A DNA stretch of 64,000 nt from NCBI GenBank assembly GCA_963712305.1, contig CAVQHI010000001.1, positions 181,383-245,382 on the forward strand. Direction: 5' to 3'. Each line of letters begins with the position of its first letter. Positions within the stretch are counted from its first letter, which is position 1. The notes beneath the pieces are model-generated. The model made no database searches. It saw only the letters and a list, made by a program, of their open reading frames with translations, and was not told where the DNA came from. Positions 37,702 through 47,466 of this stretch are shown in pieces. The stretch is from an uncultured bacterium (GTDB lineage: Bacteria > Bacteroidota > Rhodothermia > Balneolales > DATFMH01). Both the position numbers and the translations under genes were made by a program.

Positions 37702-38619
37702 ATGAGGCCGTATACGGAGTTTAAAGAATTTGTCATCGAAACCGCCAACAACTATTTCAATGATGATATCCCCCTTCATAGTGCGGCATTGGCTTTTTAT
37801 ACCATTTTTTCACTGGCACCCCTTCTTGTTATCATAGTTGCAATATCTGGCTTCATTTTCAGTGAAGATTTAACGCAGCACCAGCTGCAAGCCTATCTGC
37901 AGACCATGGTGGGAGCGGATACGACAACTACTTTAATGAATGTTCTGACCAACGCTACGCACCACAAGACAGGCGTCGCAACAGTTATCAGTGCCTTGGT
38001 CCTGTTCTTCGGTGCAACGACGGTTTTCACCCAGCTTAAAAACACTTTAAATCGCATCTGGAATGTCGTGCCGAGGCCGGGACAAACGATACGATCCATC
38101 GTCTTAAACAGGCTTTTAGCCCTTGTCACAGTGCTCCTGTTGTCTCTTCTGATGATCCTGTCTCTCATCCTTGAAGGCGTTATGTCATTCGTTAAGCCGG
38201 TTGTTTCTACGGCTATACCATTGGGTATTCATTTCTGGGATGATATGAATACCGCATTTACTGTTCTGATTACTGCATTTCTATTTGGAGCCATCCTCAA
38301 ACTTCTTCCGGATGTAAAGGTTCCCTGGTGGATAGCAATGGTTGGTGCAATAATTACAACAATACTGTTCCTGATCGGCAAGTATCTGATCGGCATATAC
38401 CTGTCGATGGGACAGCTCGATACTACATACGGAGCTGCCGGCAGTTTGATCGTGTTTCTGGTGTGGGTATACTACAATGCTCTAATCGTCTATCTTGGTG
38501 CAGAAATCACTCATTCCATAATGCACCGCAAAGAGGAAAAGATTCTGACATCCAGCCATGTGATGTTGAGACGGTATCCCGATGAAGAACCAGATGTGGA
38601 CCCCGATGCGTTGAGTTGA
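37702..38619 (+). CDS. YihY/BrkB-family membrane protein
   Basis: HSAALAFYTIFSLAPLLVI...YGAAGSLIVFLVWVYYNALIVYLGAE; polytopic. Confidence 0.85.
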   Translation: MRPYTEFKEFVIETANNYFNDDIPLHSAALAFYTIFSLAPLLVIIVAISGFIFSEDLTQHQLQAYLQTMVGADTTTTLMNVLTNATHHKTGVATVISALVLFFGATTVFTQLKNTLNRIWNVVPRPGQTIRSIVLNRLLALVTVLLLSLLMILSLILEGVMSFVKPVVSTAIPLGIHFWDDMNTAFTVLITAFLFGAILKLLPDVKVPWWIAMVGAIITTILFLIGKYLIGIYLSMGQLDTTYGAAGSLIVFLVWVYYNALIVYLGAEITHSIMHRKEEKILTSSHVMLRRYPDEEPDVDPDALS

Positions 38620-38938
38620 CAAATATTCTTATCAGGAGTAATAAAAACAGCCTGCTTCTTTTCAAAAGTTAGAGAAATACGGGGAAAACAAGGTCATTGC
38701 CTGGCAGGTACAAGCAGAGCAAGGTGTCCTATTGTAAAACCACCATGAGATAATTTTACAATTTTTATCACCAAAGAGAATCCTAAAGGAAGTAAGTTTT
38801 AATGCAAAATATGATGGAAAAAGCTTCGTTAAAGCAAATGAAGAAAAAATTTCAATACAAAATAAAATTCACATAATAGTTTTGATATAAAGTCGTTACA
38901 ACAACATCAAACATATACCCTCATAAATCCTCCACAAA

Positions 38939-38969
38939 GGGTACGACTTGAACGTCGTGCCCTTTTTTT
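38939..38969 (+). terminator. Rho-independent terminator with no annotated gene directly upstream
   Basis: GGGTACGAC-TTGAAC-GTCGTGCCC (one G:T pair) followed by T7. Confidence 0.65.
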
Positions 38970-39267
38970 ATTTGTATGAAGCCGTAACGGGTAAATTCAA
39001 ACGTCCTGAATAGAAAAAGCGAAAGAATTTAGAGCACTCTCATGCTGTGATAGCTTCTACAATAAAAAGGGCAGGTGTACCCATAGTGTAAAGTTATGGG
39101 CAATAAGTCAAGCCATTTTACGAAATGATAAATTGCAGCGACTATCTCCTGATACATTATCGGCAGGTATAGCGTTTAAAGCTTGCTTCGCCGTTTTATT
39201 GAAGCAATTAAAATACCCCTCAGTATCATTTGCATTTTATCCTTTCCGTATATAGAACTCACGCCAA

Positions 39268-40209
39268 TTAGTAAACTTCCAGGAATACCCGGTCGGTCGG
39301 TTTCACATCCCTTTTGAGTTCGTCGCGGGTTAAGGTAGCAGGATCTTTATCCATAATGGATTCGGAAACCGTTACATAACCGGGGATATTGAACTTTAGA
39401 AGTTGCTTGTAGATTCCGGTTTCCATGCCCTTGAGACCACAAACATAGATCAGGGTATTTTCACGCTGCAGCAACGAACGCAACCATTCTGAATCTTCAA
39501 TCTGATGCTGAACATAGCTCTTGGTACCATCAGCACGCCTTGCCTCTCTGGAGACACTTCTCAGATAATGGAAATTGGAAGTTTTCTGCGACAGAGGATC
39601 GAAAAGTTCATGGTAGAGAAAATCGGTGCGGTATGGGCTTCCGAAGACCAGGGCAATTTCAGATGACACCCCCTGGCCTAACAGATCCAAAACCATTCCC
39701 CTGAATGGTGCGATACCGGTTCCGGTTGCAAAAAATACGTAATTGTAATCTCCGGGATTTACAGGCAACAGAAAACGCTTTCCACTCGGACCCGTCATTT
39801 TTACAATATCCCCTACCTGAAGATCACACAGGTAATTAGAACATACGCCAAGAAAGAGCTTGTGTGTTTCCCAATGCTCATCAATTACTCGTTTTACAAT
39901 AGTTGAAACCAGTTTTCCGTCTCCATTTTCCCCTTTTGAGGGAGAACTGGTCGAATAAAGGCGTAATTTTTGCGGCTTACCATTTTCCTGGAATCCCGGT
40001 GGCACGATTCCAAAACTCTGCCCTGCAATAATATTATCTTCGAGCGGCGTTCCGGAGATATCAAACGTCATGTGTCTGACAAAATTCGGACTTGCTTCCG
40101 AAGTGCCTATCCTTGTTTCAATAAGCGGGACATCTACCGGATCATTTGGCTTAATAATGTTGATTTTAACTTCTGGTAATACGGGTTCACCGTAAACGGT
40201 ATCGATCAT
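39268..40209 (-). CDS. Ferredoxin--NADP+ reductase (plant-type FNR fold)
   Basis: FAD-binding RLYSTSS, NAD(P)-binding FFATGTGIAPFRGM, C-terminal IYVCGLKGM...VFLEVY. Confidence 0.78.
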   Translation of the reverse strand: MIDTVYGEPVLPEVKINIIKPNDPVDVPLIETRIGTSEASPNFVRHMTFDISGTPLEDNIIAGQSFGIVPPGFQENGKPQKLRLYSTSSPSKGENGDGKLVSTIVKRVIDEHWETHKLFLGVCSNYLCDLQVGDIVKMTGPSGKRFLLPVNPGDYNYVFFATGTGIAPFRGMVLDLLGQGVSSEIALVFGSPYRTDFLYHELFDPLSQKTSNFHYLRSVSREARRADGTKSYVQHQIEDSEWLRSLLQRENTLIYVCGLKGMETGIYKQLLKFNIPGYVTVSESIMDKDPATLTRDELKRDVKPTDRVFLEVY

Positions 40210-40388
40210 ATAAAACCTCCTGGGACAAATTCAGCTGTTTTTAAATACTTGAAAGTTCAACATAAGAATTGACATTATCTTGTCATTATTGGCACAAAAA
40301 CCACCTTCCTGCCATATCAGAGTGTATAAATACGATTTATTGTGGAAAAGTACAGCCCCGATTTCCCTAAAATGGTAAAAAAATTATT

Positions 40389-40630
40389 ATGACTATCCGC
40401 AATTTCGACGTATACATATATTGCCACAGAGGCAAGGTTAAAGGTTTAACGTATACCTTCCCTGATTTTTCCGGCTCTGTGAATTCTCTGTGTCCCCTCT
40501 GCGGTTAATACAAGCGCCGGAACAAACCACACAGGTACGGAAAAGGGAAAAGGTTAACGTATGCCTTCCCTGATATTTCCGCCTCTGTGAATTCTCTGCG
40601 CCCCCTCTCTGCGGTTAATGCAAGCGAATG
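40389..40630. repeat. Composite intergenic repeat: ATGACTATCC head plus two tandem ~108-nt units (family member 3)
   Basis: Head ATGACTATCCGCAATTTCGAC...ATTGCCACAGAGG. Units start at GGTTTAACGTATACC (40443) and GGTTAACGTATGCC (40551), and each contains CTCTGTGAATTCTCTG...CTCTGCGGTTAAT. Near-identical architecture to 47176-47462. Confidence 0.7.
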
Positions 40631-40782
40631 ATACTCAAGAAGCCTCGTTCCCCTGTCCCGGTTTGGCTTGTGCACTATCATTGAGAGACAGAATAAAACG
40701 GGTACCCGAAAATCATCTATAAAAAAAGGATGCCGTCGAGACAACAGCACCCTTTTGAAAATCGAGTATTATTACAGTTCTA

Positions 40783-42342
40783 TCACTTAACATTATCGGT
40801 TTTAGTGATAAAGGCCGCCACATTATCATGCAATCTCTTGAGAGACGGCAGATGCAAATACACCATGTGACCTGACTCGTAATATTCAGATTCGATATTC
40901 TTTTGAAGATCAGCCGGTATGTCCATGTGATCCAATGTATAATCAGTAGCAAAGAATGGTGTTCCAAGATCAAAATAACCGCTGTTGACCATCACTTTAA
41001 GATTTGGATTATACTTCATCGCCTGGGCCATATCTACAGCAACATTGGGTGATCCGGGCCATGCCTGACCATTTGTTGAGTTGCGGTGTTTCCATTCCCA
41101 ATCCCTGTTTGCCCCTCCATAACTCGGCCGGTAGTGCATATTCTTTCCAAACTTAAGTTCATTATGAACATACTGATTGAACAGAGAGACATATGCAGAG
41201 CTTATTGATGCACTGTGCGGATCATACTCGCGTGTCTGGCTCAGCGGGTCCATAGTGGGCCCTGAGTAGCGTGAATCGAGTCGACCGGTTGTCATGCTTG
41301 AATCAGCAAGCAACTCTTTTTCAAACTCACCAGCCGTCACCCGCAAATTGGCCTTATTAATGTACGACTCCGTTAAACCCGTATACATATGAAGCTTGCC
41401 AATGATCTCCGATCGTTTTGATTCATCAAGATTATTTCCCTGAGCAAGTGCTTCTGCATAGTCAGTCAGAGCGAAGTGTTCAACCTCCTTCAGCAACGGT
41501 TGCAAGTTCTCCGGTTGATTTGGCAGCTTGTGATGGTACCATGCTGTAGCTGTCATACTTGGCAGAAAAAGTTCATATGGAAGATCATTTCCGGCGTTAT
41601 AACTTGCCGTATGAAAATCTATAATTGAAGAAAGAAGGATCACACCATTCAAATCAATTGACTCACGCATCCCCAGTACTTTTGAAAGCAGCGCCGCCCG
41701 GGTCGTTCCGTAACTTTCACCAAAGATATATTTCGGAGAATTCCATCGATTAAAATCTGACAAATAATTTCTGATGAAATGAGCGAACGATTGTGCATCG
41801 GCATCTACGCCGAAAAAGTCATCGGGCTTTCCTGCTCCGCCTTTGTCTTTGCCGATGATTCGGCTGAATCCGGTGCCGACCGCATCAACAAACACCTCGT
41901 CAGTGACATCGAGCAAGCTGTTATCATTATTCAGAAGCTTATAAGGTGCTGCAGGAGTATGGGTGTGATCGTTCGTCTCAACCCGCTTTGGTCCAAATGC
42001 TCCCATGTGCAGCCATACAGTAGACGAACCTGGCCCGCCATTCCAGAAAAAAGTAACCGGCCTGTCTGTTGGGTTATCAGTACCTTTTTTAGTGTAGGCG
42101 ACATAAAACATGGATGCCGTCGGTTTCCCGTTGTCATCTTTCAAAATTATCGTACCTGTTGTTGCCGTGTATTCTATACGTTTCCCCTGTATGGTTACCG
42201 ATCCGGCGGTAACCGATTGTTGTTCTTTGGGTGGTGTAACGTGTTTCGTTGAATCTGCTGCAATACCTGAGGCATATGTTTGCTGGCCCAAACACAGTAA
42301 TCCAGCCAATATTAATTTTGTCAGATGTTTTTTTGTGATCAT
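40783..42342 (-). CDS. Serine carboxypeptidase, S10 family, secreted
   Basis: FFWNGGPGSSTVWLHMGAFGP, nucleophile motif FGESYGTTRAA, signal peptide. Confidence 0.85.
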   Translation of the reverse strand: MITKKHLTKLILAGLLCLGQQTYASGIAADSTKHVTPPKEQQSVTAGSVTIQGKRIEYTATTGTIILKDDNGKPTASMFYVAYTKKGTDNPTDRPVTFFWNGGPGSSTVWLHMGAFGPKRVETNDHTHTPAAPYKLLNNDNSLLDVTDEVFVDAVGTGFSRIIGKDKGGAGKPDDFFGVDADAQSFAHFIRNYLSDFNRWNSPKYIFGESYGTTRAALLSKVLGMRESIDLNGVILLSSIIDFHTASYNAGNDLPYELFLPSMTATAWYHHKLPNQPENLQPLLKEVEHFALTDYAEALAQGNNLDESKRSEIIGKLHMYTGLTESYINKANLRVTAGEFEKELLADSSMTTGRLDSRYSGPTMDPLSQTREYDPHSASISSAYVSLFNQYVHNELKFGKNMHYRPSYGGANRDWEWKHRNSTNGQAWPGSPNVAVDMAQAMKYNPNLKVMVNSGYFDLGTPFFATDYTLDHMDIPADLQKNIESEYYESGHMVYLHLPSLKRLHDNVAAFITKTDNVK

Positions 42343-42816
42343 AGCTTTAGATAGTTATTTGAAAATTCGGCCAATCAATTTAAATGATTTACATCCTGAT
42401 TAATGTAGCACTGTCAACGCAATCAAACCAATCGAAATACACCGGCAACTGACTTGTATGCCTTACTTAAGAATCACAAATATTTTTCAATTTTTTATTT
42501 GCGCTGTAGCAGAATAAAGAAATTCTATGAACGATGAACATAACTGTTTTGTTAATGATCGAAACTTTTTAATAAATGGCTTTTTACACAATCACATGTA
42601 TGTCACACATTTTTAATTGATAAAACACAAACAAAATATTCGAGACAGAAGAAGATAATTCAGGATAATTATTTTTTATTAAAGGTCATTTGTTAAATAA
42701 TAAAAAATCAATATCGTATATATGAATTCATGTTCATAGGCAAAGTTCAGATCGACACTTCTACTTTATCTCCCTTCTATCTAGGATACCTTTCGTTCAA
42801 CTAACCCTAATGAAAA

Positions 42817-43557
42817 ATGAGACAGCAATTCTTAAACATGGGTTTTAAGCTATTGCAGCAGTTTGAGCGCCTGATCGCCCGCTACTCGCCGCATGGAAAC
42901 GCCACCTTCATCGATGCTGCCAAATTTCCCTGGACAAAAAAACTGGAAGACAACTGGATGGATATTCGCACCGAGCTTGATGAGGTCTTAAAATACCGTG
43001 ACAACATCCCAAACTTTCAGGATATCTCTGAAGATCAAAAAATATTAACTACTGACAATAAGTGGAAAACATTCTTTTTATACGGTTACGGTTTTCAGTC
43101 TGATCAGAATGTCACGATGTGTCCAAAGACGTCAAAGCTTCTCCATCAGATCCCTGGAATGAAAACGGCTATGTTCTCCATTCTCGACGGAGGCAAACAC
43201 ATTCCGCCGCATCGCGGGCCTTTCAAAGGCGTTTTGCGTTATCACATGGGACTTATTGTTCCGGAGCCCGATAAATGCAAGATCCGGGTTGGGACCGATT
43301 ATGCCCACTGGCATGAAGGTAAAAGCATGATCTTCGACGATACTCATAATCATGAGGTATGGAATGACAGTGACAAACAGCGAGTCGTCCTCTTCGTCGA
43401 TTTCATACGGCCCCTGCCCTTCCCCCTTTCAGCTCTTAATAATTTCCTGATCTACCTGATCAGCATTTCGCCATTTGTCCAGGATGGCAAGAAAAATCAG
43501 TCCAAGTGGGATGCCAAACTGGAGGAAGCTATCAACAAAGTTGCTACCGTCGCCTGA
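42817..43557 (+). CDS. Aspartyl/asparaginyl beta-hydroxylase family dioxygenase (LpxO-like)
   Basis: HIPPHRGPFKGVLRYHMGLIVP...WHEGKSMIFDDTHNHEVWNDSDKQRVVLFVDF. Confidence 0.8.
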   Translation: MRQQFLNMGFKLLQQFERLIARYSPHGNATFIDAAKFPWTKKLEDNWMDIRTELDEVLKYRDNIPNFQDISEDQKILTTDNKWKTFFLYGYGFQSDQNVTMCPKTSKLLHQIPGMKTAMFSILDGGKHIPPHRGPFKGVLRYHMGLIVPEPDKCKIRVGTDYAHWHEGKSMIFDDTHNHEVWNDSDKQRVVLFVDFIRPLPFPLSALNNFLIYLISISPFVQDGKKNQSKWDAKLEEAINKVATVA

Positions 43558-43671
43558 TCTCATTTCAAGAAATAACTCGAATGAAAAAGGGGTAATCGAT
43601 ATGGTTACCCCTTTTCATGTTTCTACGAAATCATCGTTCTGTTTTTCGGGGAAAATCAGTGCCGGCTTCGA

Positions 43672-44847
43672 CTAATAATCAATTATTATCCCTTTAAACA
43701 AAATACTATTCATTCTTGTTGAGACACTTTTATTCTTCAGATCATATAAAATGAGCATGGGTGAAATGCGAAAAGTACCGGCGGGATGATTAACTAAGGT
43801 ATATAAAGTCATATTGTCATCTGAAACAGATGCGGAAATAATCCTGTTTGATCGGGGTATCCTCAACAATTTTGATCTTTCAAATTCGTGTGAAATACCG
43901 TTCGCTAAATTCGTAATCTCAAATTTCTCATTATGCACTTTATATTGAATGCAATACGCTTCTTTATTTATCGAAAAAGAATTTTCGATAGGTCCGAGAT
44001 CCGCCGAAATATGTTTTATATCCCCATCTATGTACTCATAATATTCTGAAGCAAACTGCACGTGTATAGAATCCAGGAAAAAACCGATGTGCCTGTCATC
44101 GATACGAATAAAATGAACCTGTCCTGGTGTGGGGTTTGAGGAAACATTTTCGATTCTTTTTATCAGTTCCAATGTTCGATTTTTTGTATCAAAGACATAA
44201 CATTTTGTTCCCACAACCAGATTGTCATATCCGCCATATATACTTTTAACCCTTCTCATTTCATTGGTCAAAAGTAAAATGTGAGTTACATCTAACCGTG
44301 TGGCGTGAAACCCAGCCTGATTTAGTTTAACAGGTATTATTGTTTCATTGCTCTTCAGATTGACGACTTTAAAGTGACCAGTCATACTTTCGGGATTCGT
44401 GCCACTCAAAAAAATGGTACTGTCGTTGAGGATCTCTACCGGTTGACCATTCGAATAAAAGGAAGCCAATATTTTTTCCTTGCTGACCGAATATACACGC
44501 ACATCAGGCCCTGCTTCGTGTCTCATTGCCATCAGATTAGTTTCAGAAAGCACGACCAGATCACCACGCTTTTTTACGTTAGCAAGAAGACTATCACCCC
44601 GAACAAGAGCAGCTACTTTTTGGCGATCGTTATCATAGATTAATACACTATCCGTTCCTTCGAACACAAATCCCGACCGGATGATCCCAAAATGATATCC
44701 TTGCTGCACCTTGCTTGTTATAAGCTCCTGTATTTGTTCGGGCTGAACCTGCTGTGAAAAAGCGGATATACTAATGCCGACCATTCCCAGAAAGAAAAAG
44801 ATGCCAGCTATTTTCTCGCTCTTGATGTGAAACAATAAATATTTCAT
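43672..44847 (-). CDS. Hypothetical exported protein (391 aa), translationally coupled to the GH16 gene
   Basis: N-terminal hydrophobic segment. No family recognised. The start overlaps the stop of the upstream GH16 gene by 4 nt. Confidence 0.5.
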   Translation of the reverse strand: MKYLLFHIKSEKIAGIFFFLGMVGISISAFSQQVQPEQIQELITSKVQQGYHFGIIRSGFVFEGTDSVLIYDNDRQKVAALVRGDSLLANVKKRGDLVVLSETNLMAMRHEAGPDVRVYSVSKEKILASFYSNGQPVEILNDSTIFLSGTNPESMTGHFKVVNLKSNETIIPVKLNQAGFHATRLDVTHILLLTNEMRRVKSIYGGYDNLVVGTKCYVFDTKNRTLELIKRIENVSSNPTPGQVHFIRIDDRHIGFFLDSIHVQFASEYYEYIDGDIKHISADLGPIENSFSINKEAYCIQYKVHNEKFEITNLANGISHEFERSKLLRIPRSNRIISASVSDDNMTLYTLVNHPAGTFRISPMLILYDLKNKSVSTRMNSILFKGIIIDY

Positions 44848-45677
44848 TGTTCCTGATAAACGCGTACGTAATCAACCAGCATTTTCTGGGGGAATGTACT
44901 TGTTGAATCGGGATAGCCTGGCCAGTCTCCACCAACCGCAACATTCAGGATGATGTAGAATCGCTGATCAAATGGCCATGGATCGGGTGCCAAGCTGTCT
45001 TTTGTGACATCGTAGTACTGTTTCCCATCAAAAAACCACTTGATTTGATCCGGTGTCCACTCAATAGAATACAAGTGATAATCATCATGCAGGATACCAC
45101 TCGTCAAGGTGTATTTTCCGCCTTTTGAATGATGTTCCTTCGCCCCGAAATGACTCGTGCCGTAAACCGTAGCCGGATCTTTACCGATCATTTCCATGAT
45201 ATCAATCTCACCGCTGTGCGGCCATCCGCCGTATTTGCTATCGGTAGGCATCATCCAGAAAGCCGGCCATATCCCCTGTCCTTCTGGCACTTTGATACGG
45301 GCTTCGACCCTTCCGTAAGTCCAGTCACCCTTAAGCGCCGTTTTCATACGTGCCGAGGTGTAATCCTGTTTTTGATATTTTTCTTTTCTTGCGGTGATAA
45401 TGAGATTACCGTTTTCTATATCGGCATTTTCAGTTCTTCCTGTGTAGAACTCCAGTTCATGATTACCCCAGCCATTACCTCCTGTTCCAATAGCAAAAGA
45501 CCATTTTAACGTGTCGATCTGAGCCTTGTTGAATTCGTCCGACCAAACCTCCTTGTACTGCCCTGTGTTCGCCTGTGACGCCTGGTGTTCTTCCTTCTTT
45601 CCAGAGCATGCCGTGAATCCCCAAAGAATTAATAATCCGGCAATTGTTTTTATTGCGGATCCTCCAATACGAATCAT
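44844..45677 (-). CDS. Glycoside hydrolase family 16 (beta-glucanase/laminarinase-like), lipoprotein
   Basis: GNGWGNHELEFYT, catalytic EIDIMEMIG, lipobox GFTACSG. Confidence 0.88.
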   Translation of the reverse strand: MIRIGGSAIKTIAGLLILWGFTACSGKKEEHQASQANTGQYKEVWSDEFNKAQIDTLKWSFAIGTGGNGWGNHELEFYTGRTENADIENGNLIITARKEKYQKQDYTSARMKTALKGDWTYGRVEARIKVPEGQGIWPAFWMMPTDSKYGGWPHSGEIDIMEMIGKDPATVYGTSHFGAKEHHSKGGKYTLTSGILHDDYHLYSIEWTPDQIKWFFDGKQYYDVTKDSLAPDPWPFDQRFYIILNVAVGGDWPGYPDSTSTFPQKMLVDYVRVYQEQ

Positions 45678-45752
45678 ATTATCACTCCAATAAATTATAA
45701 ATCGACCAATTTCATCAAATTTGACAAAAGTAAAAATAACACAACAGAAAAA

Positions 45753-47039
45753 TCACTTCTGATTTGCTAAAAGAATCTCCGAGCCGGCAAGCATAACGGC
45801 ACCCGGTCCGTGCATATCATCTGACGGTCTTTTACGATCCTGATAAAACTCAAGTGTGGTCCCAATACCAGTTCCCTGGCAGGTTCCGTTTACAACTCCA
45901 TTGGGCGTTATGTTTTGGCAAATCCCTTCAAACGCTTTGCGAGCTACCTTCAAGTTTGAGGCATCAATCCATCCCCTGTTAACGGCACGAGCTATGCTGT
46001 ATGCAAACATAGCGGTACAGGAAGTTTCTTCCCAGAGTTCCGGATGGTCCAATATCTGACGCCACATGCCATCGCTGGCTTGCAGTTTTTCAATGCCCGC
46101 GATGTGCTTGCGAAGAATGTCGAGCAATTTTGCACGGTAGGGATCACTGTTGGGCAACGCAGACAAAACTTCAATCGTTGCTACCATGGCCCAACCATTT
46201 GCCCGTCCCCATTTGTAAGGAGAACGTTCGTGCTTGTTCACAAAATATCCATGATACCACACCCCATCGGTATCCTGCAGGCGTTTGGCCATGTTGACTA
46301 TCTGATGTGCTGCGTCATCGATATATTTTTTGTCGCCGGTATATTCATACCAGCGAACCAGAAACGGACAGCTCATATAAAGGTCATCGGCCCAGATGGT
46401 CCCGCCCATCCGTTTAGGACGCCAGAGCGTACTGTCGGGCAACCGGGCTTGTTTCTGACTGATGTACACAGCTATTGTGTCCGCCATCGCCTGTTCCCCT
46501 GGTGTCAATTTTGAGTTTGTGTGCAGCATACCTTCGAGCATCTGCGCTCCCATGGCACCGCAAAAATCCAGGCGATCCAGGATCATAAATTCCCCGAGAC
46601 TGGTTTGATGCAAAAAATCCTCCAGTTCCTTGTTGTCGTCAAGCTTCATTCGCAGTCCTTCCAGCCATGAGTAATAGTTACCGCAAATCTGGTTATGTCT
46701 CAACACAAATCCGGTGATGGATGTATCCCCCGTAACCTCGGCTTCATGCAACATACCATAGAGGGCCACACCCCATGGATAATTCCAGGCAATACCTCGT
46801 GGCCCGGTAGCATCCTTAGCTTCCTGCAATGTTTGAACATTGGGATAATCGCCATCCATCAATGGCCCGATGTGGTGATATGCAACCCGTTTAACAACGG
46901 CACGAATTGAAGCATCCGTTTTTCCAGAAAGATCGATATCAGTATTACCGTTTCCGTTTTTTTTATTATTTCCACATCCCAGAAACAACACTAAGAAGAG
47001 CATAAAGGCACAACCACGCAAAACGTTGCTTCGATTCAT
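45753..47039 (-). CDS. Glycoside hydrolase family 88/105 (unsaturated glucuronyl/rhamnogalacturonyl hydrolase-like)
   Basis: WNYPWGVALYGM, WADDLYMSCPFL, GRANGWAMVA, WRQILD. Alpha/alpha-toroid family hallmarks recalled from YteR/UGL relatives. Confidence 0.75.
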   Translation of the reverse strand: MNRSNVLRGCAFMLFLVLFLGCGNNKKNGNGNTDIDLSGKTDASIRAVVKRVAYHHIGPLMDGDYPNVQTLQEAKDATGPRGIAWNYPWGVALYGMLHEAEVTGDTSITGFVLRHNQICGNYYSWLEGLRMKLDDNKELEDFLHQTSLGEFMILDRLDFCGAMGAQMLEGMLHTNSKLTPGEQAMADTIAVYISQKQARLPDSTLWRPKRMGGTIWADDLYMSCPFLVRWYEYTGDKKYIDDAAHQIVNMAKRLQDTDGVWYHGYFVNKHERSPYKWGRANGWAMVATIEVLSALPNSDPYRAKLLDILRKHIAGIEKLQASDGMWRQILDHPELWEETSCTAMFAYSIARAVNRGWIDASNLKVARKAFEGICQNITPNGVVNGTCQGTGIGTTLEFYQDRKRPSDDMHGPGAVMLAGSEILLANQK

Positions 47040-47175
47040 CTGGTTACCCTCATATAATATGAATGTTTAAAATCGACCTGCTACAGGATGCACTATAAGC
47101 TCACTATCCCTTGCTCAAAGAAGTACGTCAAAAATCCTCTGGTGTGCAAACCGTGGTATTCCCAAATAAAAAAAT

Positions 47176-47462
47176 ATAACTATCTGCAATTGCGACACAT
47201 GCATAAATTGCCACAGATAGGCACGGAAAAAGGGTAATGTATACCCTCCCTGATACACCCGGCTCTGTGAATTCCCTGCGCCCTCTCTGCGGTTAATGCA
47301 AGCGCCGGAAGAACAACCTCAGAGATATGGAAAAGGGAATATGGAAAAAGGTTAACGTATACCCTCCCTGATACACCCGGCTCTGTGAATTCCCTGCGCC
47401 CTCTGCGGTTAATGCAAGCGCCGGAAGAACAACCTCAGAGAGGCACGGGAATACACGGAGGA
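47176..47462. repeat. Composite intergenic repeat: head plus two tandem ~118-nt units (family member 4)
   Basis: Head TAACTATCTGCAATTGCGACACATGCATAAATTGCCACAGATAGG. Units start at 47232 and 47350 and end in CTCTGCGGTTAATGCAAGCGCCGGAAGAACAACCTCAGAGA. Confidence 0.7.
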
Positions 47463-47466
47463 AAAA

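Noticed and set aside
38690-38735. GCCTGGCAGGTACAAGCAGAGCAAGGTG as a possible SRP (4.5S) RNA fragment
   Set aside because: It lacks the conserved GGAA tetraloop context and the symmetric-loop motifs of SRP domain IV, and I saw no extended helix.
40443-40626. Tandem repeats as a possible CRISPR array (also at 47232-47448)
   Set aside because: There are only two units per locus. The units are ~108-118 nt and directly adjacent, with no unique spacers, and no cas genes lie nearby.
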